Shown in pieces: positions 52,401 through 64,000 of a stretch of DNA of 64,000 nt. A model generated the notes under the pieces. The model worked only from the letters and a program-made list of their open reading frames with translations, was not told the origin of the DNA and made no database searches. The stretch comes from Ophelia neglecta. Lineage: Eukaryota. Positions within the stretch are counted from its first letter, which is position 1. Each line of letters begins with the position of its first letter. Position numbers and translations under genes: made by a program. The DNA is taken from positions 69,502,001 to 69,566,000 of the forward strand of contig OZ260664.1 of the NCBI GenBank assembly GCA_965285935.1. Direction: 5' to 3'.

Positions 52401-54889
52401 TTGCGATGACTGTTGGTCTTTTATATTTATCAGGACAGCGTCCTTTTAAGTGCATTATTTTTGGGCCAGTCCATTTTATTTCCTACTGGGCAGTGTCCAT
52501 CAACGTTTTGATTAAAAGCGGAAGCGCGGAGCCTGTTGGAGGTAAATATTAATATTGTGATGAAACATTTGAGCCATATAACTGTACCTTAAATTACCCC
52601 AGGACTTGCCCGAGCTGAAGCCATTTGCTTTATGACATTCAGAAATACCCATGATCTCCGCCTCGGCATAGCCTCCGCACCTTTCGAGTTCACCAATGCC
52701 CCCTGTTCAATCGTTGCCGATATTACACCGATCCCGGTATCATAATGATATGTTATATGTTGGGTCATTTACTGGTCATTATTGACTGATTTTGTACATG
52801 GTAAAATACAATCTGCAGATTTGTACAATCGCATGTAATAAAGTTTGTAGTAATTTCTTATATACCAAAGGCCTATGTCAGTTATAAACTATACTTAGTT
52901 TCATACACTATGAATTTCACGGAATTATAAAATACTCCTCGTATTGAGAAGTTTTTAGAATTTTAAAATTTTTAGTTTCACGTATCAATTTGAATTCAAT
53001 TTTTGGAGCTAATCTATTTTCTCACGTGGCCAAATCGGGAATGGCGTTAAATAGTCCATCAAGTGCCATCACGCTGCAATGAGATTGACAGGTCACCACT
53101 ATCTGTTAACAGTTCTGTATTAATATTTAATAGTTTAATAGTTTAAATGAAAATAGTATGATGCCAGGAGCACCTCCCATATAGGGATGAACTAATACTT
53201 GCCACATGATTATCAGTGTTTCTAATACGTTTTCATTATATTTTTGCTATTAGGGTGCCGGTTGAAGCGTTGGAATTCCGATATATCTGCTATGGACAAT
53301 ATAGGTGTTGGCATATTGCTTAAAGCCGAGGAATGTATTGTCTTACGTGCCAGGTCATCAAAGCATATTCTTACTGTAGTAGATACTCCGAGCCCTCTAT
53401 CAATATGCATGATGTTATTGCTGCGAGCAAGGAATGCTCTGATGTCCCTTGAAACATTAGAGTGAACGCAATGCATATTGATTCAAAGATGATCACCCGG
53501 TGTCGCCTACGGATCTCCAGAGTCCCTTAGAAGTTCACCAGTGCCTTTTTTTTTATGAATTTAGTGTTATAGTGTATCAATGTTGGGGATCGGTGGCGTT
53601 AGTGTTTAGCTAGAAAAATGTCCTTCTCAGCAGTGACATTTGACTTTGGGATATATCATATGGCCTTTAGCTTTCTGTGAAAATGAGCGACAAAAGCATT
53701 ATAATATTGTCCCACGTTTTGAGCTTTTTTTTTTCTTCTCTTTATCGTGTGTACTGGTGAGCACTTTTTTTCCGAGAGTCATAAACTAGGAGGCGATGCA
53801 GTATCACATTGCGGTGCCGAGCCCGAATAAACTACAACCCTATTGTCTATTTAATAATGTTTCCCCATGCCTATTATAACATTCTTGGCCCAATTTATTT
53901 GACTTCATTGGTAAAAATTACAAATAAAGATCATCATTCGACAGTGCTCAACTGGAAAATTACTCAAAGTACGCACAAAAGAAATTTGCTTTGAAACCTT
54001 TTTGAAAGAACAAAAGACTTTACTTTATGCGGCATAGGAATATAACCCGTGCTAAGGACCGATCATGACATACACTGATAGACGGCTTGAGTGATTCGAT
54101 ACGCAGGCCCGAAACCAGCTTAATTTAAGCATAAGATTTCAACCAAATATCTCACTTCATGGGTAGCAAACAACAGAAGTGGATACCCGGCCGACAACAC
54201 AACATAGGCGAGTAATAACTGACCCATCTACTAGAGTATGACGACAATAAGCAGGACGGTGTTGTTAACATTATTAATGATGAATATAATTATACCTTGG
54301 TTGTAAAATAACAATGATTGGGGGCTACTTTACTTCGACTATAAAGGAAAAGCCAGGCAATTACTATAAATGTTAACCCAAAAGTCGTTTAAGCATATCT
54401 GTGGAGGCTTAGACATAATGGTTTCCTATAACAGCTGTTTAAACTTGGAGCAATCATAATGCAATACACTCTTTTGATAACAATGACACAGAGAATTGTT
54501 TGAAGGATGTGCACAGATTTGATCAGACAAACATGAACCCGTTATTCACCTTGTCGTATGGACTCGACGAGGCCAGGCATAACGCATTATTTCCTAATAA
54601 TGACAAAAGCACAGATACTGCAAAGAATATGCATTTCAAAGAGGTGTTACGACTTATATCGTATGATAATGATCTTTTTTAAATTCACTCAATTGCGAGA
54701 GGATTTTTAGTAGACATATTAAACTATACAATGGTCTAAAGATAAGACACAGTTTAACAAAGGCGTCTGTAGTTTAAAGTGGTCGTTGTCCAATATTTCT
54801 AAGGATATCTCACAATTCGCAGGTGCCCGGAAGACTCGCAACATTCCCACTTGCTAATCCTAACAACTGCCACTACGCCGCCGAGCTTG

Positions 54890-55200
54890 ATATCAGAGAC
54901 TTGCCATGTCCATGAGTCGCCCTCTAGACCAGTTATACATTGGCAGAACTTGCTTTTGCATCATATTTCCGATCAATGTCCATAAGGCAGCCAGTGACTG
55001 TGAACGAAAATGGTCAAAAGTGTGTTCATTTACAGCTAATTCCAAGCATTCAATAACCGGGGTGTTGTAACCAAACGACAAAGGAATCCCCCGTATTGTA
55101 ACATGTCAATGATTCATAGATGTAATGATGGGATTATCTAATATTCGAGGCTGCTATATCCAGGGTCGCCAGGGTAACCGTCAGCTATGTAAACAGCCTT
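54890..55200 (-). mobile_element. Penelope-like element RT relic
   Basis: LATLDIAA.NI, VIECLELAVNEHTF, TGCLM and GRLMD follow the Penelope RT motifs LVTLDVxSLYTNI, LLxLxL..N.F, QxxGxAMG and RYxDD. Confidence 0.45.
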
Positions 55201-56519
55201 AGGGCGTTTTATTGCCAAAAAACTCTTAGGGATCAACGACATTCCTTGCCATCAACAATCACAAAACGAATTTATACAAGTATATCAATCATGTAAATTG
55301 GATTCTATATCAGAAATAAAATCTCAGATACAATACACTACTAGAAAGAAATGTCACTCCTGACCCAACTTGTTGCACATGGGTCAGAGGGCTTTTTACC
55401 GCTTCCAATTTATTCTTGGTGGAATTAGGATACTTTCACCTTCTCGTCGATGAAGGGCTGCCATGCCTGTCAGAGATCGAGTAAACATGCTATACAAGAA
55501 ACAAGGATTCCGAAGAAAAGAACTCAACCCAATTTTTTGACTGGTGTTAAAAGGCCAAATGTGCGACTGGCCTTACAATATTCACTTATTTGAAGATGCT
55601 TTCAAAAAGCAGGTGTGTACCGCAAGTATCATTGTTTTCAGCGATTTTGGTCATATAGCGTTGGCGCATACTTTAAATCAAAGAATGTGCCGAAAAAAGG
55701 CAAACTTTTTCCTCACGTTACCTGCAGGCATACAACCATCAATAACACATCTATATAGATTCCCGTTTATAAATTTCTCAATCAGCTTGTAATAAATTCA
55801 ATAATGTATATTTGATACTTCATGCATGGAGAGTTTGGTGCATTTGTCTCGATCAACACAAGATCTGTCAATGTAAAAAAATGCCAATGTACCCTTGAGA
55901 CAAAAATGGTATTATATCTCTTCGACAGAACGCTAAAATTTTAAATATGTAAGGGAAACAACTACGTTTTTATTATGGCTAAACTTGCCCGTCTCTAATT
56001 CAAAACCAGTATTAAGCAGATGCACATGCCCCATACAAACCATCCAGTAACTTCTCTTGGTTTAGGTTTGGGTTTGGAAACAATTGCCGCCAGATATTAC
56101 ATATAGACACACGAATAGAACGGGAGAGGATACCCGGCAGACCATGAGAAGCATCGATTAAAATTTTGCTGTCCTTGGCCTGGAGAGGTCATTTTTCTGT
56201 GTGGTACGCGGACTGATAATTTGGTGGAGCATTAATCTCTATAATTTGAAAGTTCCACCTTTCAACCTGAGTCGATATCCAAAGGTCAGTAATGTGGAAA
56301 ACAGAGCTAAGTGTCTTGTGTAAAATCAGAAAGAAAAGCTCATGATCGTACAGCAAGCATTGGTAACTGAGTCTTATTCATAACCCATATGATTTATCAT
56401 ACATATTATTAATCTATTATTGCCGTCTAAAGATAGAAATTCTAATATATTTCTAAATTATACATAGTCAATTGAGGGTTTTCTGTTTCGATATTAATTT
56501 GCTCAAAAATATCACTCCA

Positions 56520-56740
56520 CGAATATCGAAATACATAAACATGCAGTCGGGCCAGATGAAAGCAGTAGGTTCTCATCAGCGGACATTGCAGAAATGCCAC
56601 GATTACATTTATAAAGAAAATACCAGATACTGGGACACCGACTTATTAAAGGAGCAGTGTCTCCTTTGTGAACGACTTTATTTCCATCTCATTGCTCCGC
56701 TATGCCTCGAAATTTCGACATGCATTAGGAGTGGAAGTGC
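56520..56740 (+). mobile_element. LINE C-terminal CCHC knuckle relic (RTEX-like)
   Basis: YIYKENTRY...QCLLC....FHLI...C.....IR within ORF 56472-56834. Confidence 0.3.
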
Positions 56741-59700
56741 AAAGATACGCATTCTATTCAATGGTGTACACTGTTTTTATTTATGCGTCAATATACATGC
56801 GTTTTTTTTTTCTGTGAATAGAAATATAAGTTGATCTGCCCATCATAAACAACGGTTTATTAAGGTTTCATCTGTAGGAATATTCCGTCGTTTATTTATC
56901 TTACAATTTCCTCCGGTTAATATCATTCGTTCATTGCTTTGTGTAAATTCCTCCTATGATTAAATAAATTAAAAATAACCACACTCAGCAGACAGTGCAT
57001 CATCCATGATTCCGGTATGTGTTTAAGTTAAACAGGATTGCATGAATTTGTGTTTTAGTATAAAACTCCATACTTAACATCGTCTAACAATTTTTTCCAT
57101 TCGAGGTTTGATGTGAACAATACCGACGTGCACACTCTGAAATAACAAAGTTTATTCTTTGAAATTTCACCATAAACAGCTAGGGAAACAGCTTAGTTAA
57201 AGCTGGCTTTGAAATTTAAAATCACATTTTGTTCCTTTGTAGTCCTTGTCATTCTAAATCTGTCGTTTGCGCATTGTCTGCTTCGCGGTAAAAAAGAAGT
57301 AAATGCTAAACTCGGTGTCTAACGTCTTTGTAACGACAGTGGCACTAATAACCGTACAGGTTTTGGTCTGCAAAAGGCGGGACTGCATGTGAAGTACGCA
57401 GACGATTATTGTCGACAATTTCAAGATGGCGGTAATCATTTCCGAGACCTGCATGGGACAGACAAGTGTATCGTAAGATCGATACCAGCTGGCGAAGGAC
57501 ACACGCTGTCCGGGAATCTGAATTCATAAGGTGTGGGAGATTAAGGTTTTAGTGACAACCCCATAGATCCATGGTCTTACTGAACAAATACGTCATACAC
57601 CAAGTCTGATGGTGCGTCAGAAAGCGGTGTGGTTAGGATAAGTCACGTGGTCGAGATAGTTGCAAAGTAATTAATTCAGTTACACCGTTAATAGCCGGTG
57701 GTGCTTGATTGCAGGAATATCAATGCCTTAACCGAATTACTTTGTTTAGTCGGATGCCATCTATTGGTATGGATATGGCGGCTCAAGACAATTACATAAC
57801 TCCTGAATCGACGCATATGTAAAAGACACATGGCAGGAAAGATGCACGTTTAAGTTGATAATAGTTCATGTTTCAAAGACATAGAGTGGTCGAAATATTG
57901 ACCACTGGCACTAAGTTAGCCACTGACTACTCATATCGAGCTTCGTAGCGTATCTAATGTTAACAATTCCGAACCTTAGGGGCAGGCGACGAAGTGATGG
58001 GGTATTGTTCGATTTGCATATAGTGCCTTGTGAATACTTGCATGTGTAAGGGACGTTTGTCTGATGACTGGTCTTGAATGTTTTCGAAGAGACTCAGCTT
58101 TCGATTAGGCACTTGCCACCGCAGATAAAACCTCATTATATAGACTCCTCTGGGCTCTTTTTATTTTTGTTTGGGGTCTTTGCTGCTTTCTTTTTCTTTT
58201 ATTAGCTGTTTTTTATAAGTTGTGGTATGATTGGTACTATGTGCATCATCTTAAAAAGCAGTCATGCCATAAAATATACTACTCCTACACTGTACTAACA
58301 AACCTCACAAACACTGACACATACACACACTTTTCGATCACAGGCCAACCATAACACTCCTAGTGATTGCAGCACCTATTTCATCTAATTAAACAGGAAG
58401 CAAATTGACAAACTTAAACTATATAGATGGGGAAGAATGATGAGTGTATTCGTATTTTCATATGTGATGTTGATTTTAGCCTTAGCAGAGAAAACTTCCT
58501 GGTCCGGTCTTTAGTATGTCCCGTATTGATATTCCATCGACTACCCAGTCTTTTCCTGATTGCTCATTGTAGCGAAAAACTGCTCTGGACCTACACTTGT
58601 AACATAATTGTGCGTGTTCATTAGGAATATCGCAAGCAATATGCCGGAGACTCAGCGCCAAACAAACTATGTTGGCCTATCGAAATTTTACTCGGATATG
58701 CCATTTTCGATGATTCGACATATGCATATGGCCAAGTCTTACTAGAAGTGACTTGTTGGTCTGGCTTAGGAAATTATGCTGTATGGTAACATATAATTGA
58801 CCATCAATATGCGCCATAAAATCCAAAGTTGATCCTGATGCACTGCCAAACTGCTTTGAAAGAGCACATTGGACTGTCGTAATATATGTGCCGGATCTTC
58901 CTTGTTGCGATGGTGGTTGTTCAGTGCAGAGCTGCGATGTTTAGGATGGAGAATTTTATATTTTAGTGAGCACATCCTTTAAACGGGATACACATTACAT
59001 TAAACCCCAAAATTGGTTCTGCGAGTCGCTGCTTCAGTCAGTTCGAACGTGGAGAAGCAAGTGCAAGTCGCAGTTTGGAAACCCAGTGGGTATCTTCTGC
59101 CACTGATTTTTTCCAAATAATCGTGTTTTCATTTACTTTGCTGAAGGGAGATGATGCCTCGACTCTTTCACAGTTCAGACCACGCCAAGCCACGTGGTTT
59201 CAAGGAGCAGGGCAACATATAGCCTATAAGTAGCTTGCAATGCCGTGTCAAGTGGCGGGCGTTTTCTCTAGCATTTTGTGTTACTTCTGAGAGAATACAC
59301 ATAGTTAGGGCCGGAAATACTAGAATCGGCTTCAATACACTTCACAGGCACAAGATTCCGCTACGAGAAGACACATTTTCTACTCTGCCGGTTGAGAAAA
59401 GCTCATATATGCTCAATAAAGCAATAAATAGTTGTGTCAATACGAATACGATTTGTTTTGTTGTTTTGTTGTTTTTTGTTTAAATTTGTTTTTGGGGGTG
59501 GGTTTTATTTTCAACTTCAGTCTTAATATAGGAAAGGCAGGTGGTTGGTATTGATAGTAATAGTAATAAATAAATTTTAACAAGACATTACGTATCCTTA
59601 TTACCCCTCCTTCAATAATTAGCGGACCTTCATGGTTCTTAGAAAGCTTGGCAAGCGTCGTGCGATAATGATGATGTCGAGCTGCCAATTTAGAATGTTG

Positions 59701-61604
59701 GACTCCTAAGGAAGGGTAAAGCCCCATAAGATCATGTTATTGGTATATAAGAAGAACAATACATGGGGTGTGAAATATTTGTATAAGATTGTGATTTGAA
59801 AGACATTACATTCTATTGCAAAGTCAAATATGAATACCTAACTACATCAAGTTACCTGTCGTAAATGCACCAACTCTTTCTCTCTATTTCGCGGCCGAAA
59901 AAAAAACGAAAAAATTTAACATTAACACGACCCAATCCCGCTGGCATAATTATACCTGTCATTTCAAAACCGAAAACCAAGCTCTCAATTAATTCCTAAC
60001 TGTAGTGGGCACGCAAATAATCATTGGAACCCATTACCTATTGCTACCGATATGGCTGATTGCTTGGCATTTCATTTTAATGCTTTCTGATATTAAAAAT
60101 TGTAAACTGACCTGAACGTCCTGCTATTAGATACGTAGAAATAAATCGAGCAATTGAAATATGACATACTGCATTTCATGGGGGTGAGTAAATATTATGA
60201 TTGAACAAACGGAGAAATTGCAGCTCGGTATCGTGTCCATTATTAGCAAAAATATAACCAAACTTATATTGGCTTTTATTTCGGATATTTTTTAAAGCCG
60301 AATTGATGGCTTATGCGACTTTTCGCGAACTATGCTTCTTTCAAAACCGGCTTTTAAAGGACTTTTTCTATTTCCCATCAGGAAACAGGATACATGAAAA
60401 ACAATGGGGCAATATCAAATGTGTATTTGTCTTGTCCCTCAAAAAATTCAGTATGTTACTGGAAGAATATTCGAGATTATTGTTAAAGCTTCACACCAAT
60501 CTAAAATAGGTCATCAACTGTATTCATTATATTTCGAATCAATCAGGCTGTTAAAAAATATAAATATTTTGAGAATAGTTTGCTTGTTAATACATGTCTT
60601 ATTTTTTGTCAAATTGAGTTTCCTTAATCGACCTTAAACTATTATGCTGTGAGAATGGAGCATATGCTGGTAACATTAATGTTAAATCTGTACAAGGCAA
60701 GTCTACATAAGTTTTCGCTTGACAAGAGTAGCATGTATAATGCTGAATAAAATGAAGCTAATTAGAAGCATATATGAAAAGGGAATTAACCACCTGCTAG
60801 CTCAAGAAAAACACCCAGGCTTTGTCCATCAGTGCCGTGCCAAATCATGCAGATGTCAAGGTACAGCTACGTAAAATATCCCCGCAATACATACAGCCTT
60901 CTGGGATCGGATTACCTTGGAGAAGGTCATAAGTCGTAGAGATCTGAAGAAGAAAAATGCTAGATTGCGTCTGTTGAGAGACAATGTTTTACAGACGGCT
61001 CAGACGCAATTAGTTTGTAACTGTCGGGTTAACTTGCACGGTTTGAGCAAATTCATGATCGAATCTGAACTGGGGAAATAAGCAACTTGATATTATCAAG
61101 ACAAAATAATTTCAGTAAAAGATGAAAATAAAAGGAAACAACTGTTTCATTATCATCTCTGAATTGAACTTAATTCAGAAGAAGGCCGATTGCGATTTTA
61201 GTTGCTTTGAATATGTTCGAGAGGAAAAAGGCGCAACGTTCATAATACCAGCACATCCCAGATCACAATCATGATTAAATATAAGTGTGATGTAGTATAA
61301 TGGCTGGCTCGGGCACCCCATCAAGGAGAGATTTCTTCGAAATAAACAATCAAAACGAAGGGAAAGACGAAAAGTAAAAAGTGTAAGACATTTTAAGGAT
61401 GCCCTTATGTGTTAATGTATCATATTACTTGGACATTAATCTCAACAGACTAGTTAAAGACCTTGGCACACGCCTATGCTTTGTAGTACAGAAAATGTTT
61501 CACATTATTCTTGAGATGAAATCTGAGATTCCAGATGAGAACACATACATGTATATACTACTGAACATACCTGCACATGCACTCTTCTATGACAACTAGC
61601 ATCT

Positions 61605-61800
61605 TATTCAAAAGTATTTCAATTTTTTTCTATTCAATTCATTTAGGTGGCATATTAAATACACTGTATATTCGTTAAACTTCATAAGATTAATTAATAA
61701 AAAAACAGTAAAAAAGAAAAAGTACAAATAGAAATAAATCAAAGGGCTGGAAGCCTTGGGCTTATGAATACCTTCCATGTAACTAGAACTCATTATTTGA
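61605..61800 (-). mobile_element. Probable LINE 3' UTR (Crack/L2-like)
   Basis: Minus strand ATAAGCCCAAGGCTT stem-loop, a T-rich tract, then TGAATTGAA...TTGAAA tail repeats. Confidence 0.35.
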
Positions 61801-61859
61801 AGAATTACGAAAAGAAGTAGGCCTATATGCAGTAAGTAACATTGTAAATTAGTATGTGC

Positions 61860-61978
61860 AGACAGATTCTTGCACACGTTCATACACGCCCACACAAATA
61901 CAAAGACATACAAATATCATACACACGTACATCTCAATACATATATAAATATATACATACACGCACACACACATATAC
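61860..61978. repeat. Degenerate (CA)/(TA) microsatellite
   Basis: Runs such as CATACACACG, ATACATATA and CACGCACACACACATATAC. Confidence 0.7.
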
Positions 61979-62399
61979 TTTTAATGTTTAGCAACCTGTT
62001 TTACAGTCCCTTAGGTGGTCTCAATTCACAGGCTTCACTGTATATTGAATTTTATTTTGACAGACTTGAAACAAATGCGATAAAAGATTAAAAAAAAAAT
62101 GAAAGGAAAATAAACACATTAGAGAGATAAAGTGTACTGCCTATAAAACAGGCATCACTGATTAAATAGTTCCTTTCACGGCGTCTCAACCTCGATGGTG
62201 AATATACAGCATTATTAACGGCATTTCATAGCCATGCAAAGTTGGCATATTTGACATACCCGACGCACTCAAACAATGAACACAGTTTCTTTGATAAAGT
62301 TTAGCTCTCAGCCCTGGGGTGAACATCGTGGAGCTGGACTACTCTAATTCCGTTCTGCTCGGCCTAGCGATCGAATTAACTATTGGCTCTTATCACAAC

Positions 62400-64000
62400 G
62401 TGTTTACCTGTATCTCTTAAAACGCGCACTGTATTCACGGTACATCAGAGTACTTGAGCCAATTCTTGTATACATGCGGCATATTGATTTTATCTGAGCA
62501 CTGGTTTTACCCATGTGAACCCTACATATTAGCAGATTTCTGGGTAGTTGGTAAAATAAGCAATCGGTTCAGTAGTCAAGATTATGGCTCTATACACCGG
62601 CCATGGAGGGGTCGCATTGTTTTGGAGAAAGTCTTAGCACGGGGTGACTGATAAGGCAATAGAAAGTGACATGGAATTATGTCTTATTATTTATATCTGA
62701 AATCCTGAGTACTTATGGGTGATTTGAATGTCCACTTAGGCCCTGAGTACGGTGCCAGAACTTGGTGAGTAGGCCTATACAGATCCATTTTTAGCACTTT
62801 TAATGGGGCAATGATAAGGGCAAATTGTACCGTGACCAAAGCTTTGTTTCCCTGTGGCGGCCCTATATATACCTTCTCCAACACAAGAGAACATACATCA
62901 TACATCGATCACCTGCTTAATTGTGTCAAACCAACTTTTTGGCTCAGTTGAACAATGTAAAATACTGGAGGAATGCTTGACCACTTCTGATCACCCCTCA
63001 TTAAAGGCAACAGTACTGGTTATTGGTCTGAGGAGAGGTATTCCCGAAACTGGAGCAAGTGGCCGAATGAAATGGGACAGACTTACCAATAATGACATTT
63101 CGGTATCGTCAGTAGAGGGGTTCCCTTGCAAGGAAATTTAGCCAAATCATTCTCTCGGAATGGTCTCAACACCGTTAAAGGCTGGTGGAATGCAGGGAGA
63201 CTACGCCCAGAAGAGACAGATGTATTTGTTTACGAGATATTAGAGATCACGCGAGCCGCTTCTAGCACTTCAATACCGTGTTCATGATACCAGAAACATG
63301 TCAGCACCATACTGGAACCAGTGTTTGTCTAACCAGAATAGAGTTTAGCACGCTGAAAGAGGAGGCAAGCCGGAGAGTCGCGGAATCCCATAAACCCGCT
63401 TTTCCTCGCCTATAAAGAGGAACAGCTACTCTATAGGAAGAATAGTCGAGCGGATCCACGAAATAGACCAAGAAATTAAGAAAATAAGTTATTATGTTGC
63501 AGAGAGGTTGATTAGAAATACTTCTACTACCTGGCCAACAAACGTCTGACTGGCCCAAACGGTCCTCACTTTCCCCCGTATTATCCAATAGCGGATATCG
63601 ATGTAGTGATGTCTAAGTTGTCTTCCTTGACACGCAAAAAGCTTTTGATAGAGTATAGATAGTAGGTCTGTTTCATAAACAGGTGTGTTCCAGGGAGGGC
63701 GTCTCTCCATGAGACTGTACCAGGTGTTCCCCGCCGGGTTACTGGAAGCCCTGGAGGCTGTAGGATGTGCGGCCACTATCTACGGACATACAGGCGGGAA
63801 CCCTGCATATACTGATGATGTGGCACTCTTCGCATTTCATCTTGGCGCAATCCAAAGGCTGTTAAAGTCTGCACAAAACCATAGTAGATAATGGCATTTA
63901 TCATTTCAGCCCGAAAAACAGATCTGGTAAAATTCAGTGGAAGTGGAAAGCCACTGAGTTCAATACCAAAACCTAGATTTGAGATGTGTGGTGTAACTGT
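62400..64000 (+). mobile_element. Decayed non-LTR retrotransposon ORF2 with APE and RT (RTEX-like), running off the window end
   Basis: APE: ILILSEHW (SEHW 62493-62504), GGVALFWRK, MGDLNVHLG (~62715), GPIYTF...SYIDH, SDH (62986). RT: VVFLDTQKAFDRV (63617-63655), GVFQGGRLSMRLY, AYTDDVAL (YTDD 63808-63819), *WHLSFQPEK. Many stops and frameshifts. Confidence 0.9.

Noticed and set aside
53220-53520. Overlapping ORFs on both strands, possibly a LINE thumb region
   Set aside because: The motif matches are too weak to assign.
6546-55466. Further minus-strand mini-exon candidates (6546-6600, ~31892-31972, 51385-51412, 55440-55466)
   Set aside because: Comparable AG/GT pairs also occur on the plus strand by chance, and they do not join into a recognisable protein.
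1-64000. CRISPR array, operons or prokaryotic defence systems
   Set aside because: No regularly spaced repeats, no long ORFs, and eukaryotic TE content throughout.

Overview
AT-rich (about high-30s % GC by eye) eukaryotic DNA, most likely intergenic or large-intron sequence from an animal genome; the repeat repertoire fits a marine invertebrate (inference). No ORF exceeds 129 aa, and I found no operon structure, rRNA, intact tRNA, CRISPR array or host gene I can recognise. Translating through stops and frameshifts shows a dense set of decayed transposable elements. The clearest non-LTR retrotransposon relics are a CR1-type element at ~34.1-35.25 kb (-) and an APE+RT element, probably RTEX-like, from 62.4 kb to the end (+). 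Weaker L2/Crack, RTE, L1/Tx1 and I/Nimb-like pieces are also present. Other relics include a BEL/Pao RT fragment, a Penelope-like RT fragment, THAP and P-element-like pieces, several MITEs and a tRNA-derived SINE. The most notable items are: (1) a clean RecQ-helicase N-terminal ORF next to a duplicated TAG-type terminus (AcademH-like mini-element); (2) a MITE duplicated together with its flank but in the opposite orientation; (3) LINE fossils condensed by internal deletions; (4) a promoter-like GC island at 21.2-21.6 kb. I do not see convincing evidence of a new intact biological system. All family assignments come from motif recognition by eye and need HMM/Dfam confirmation.
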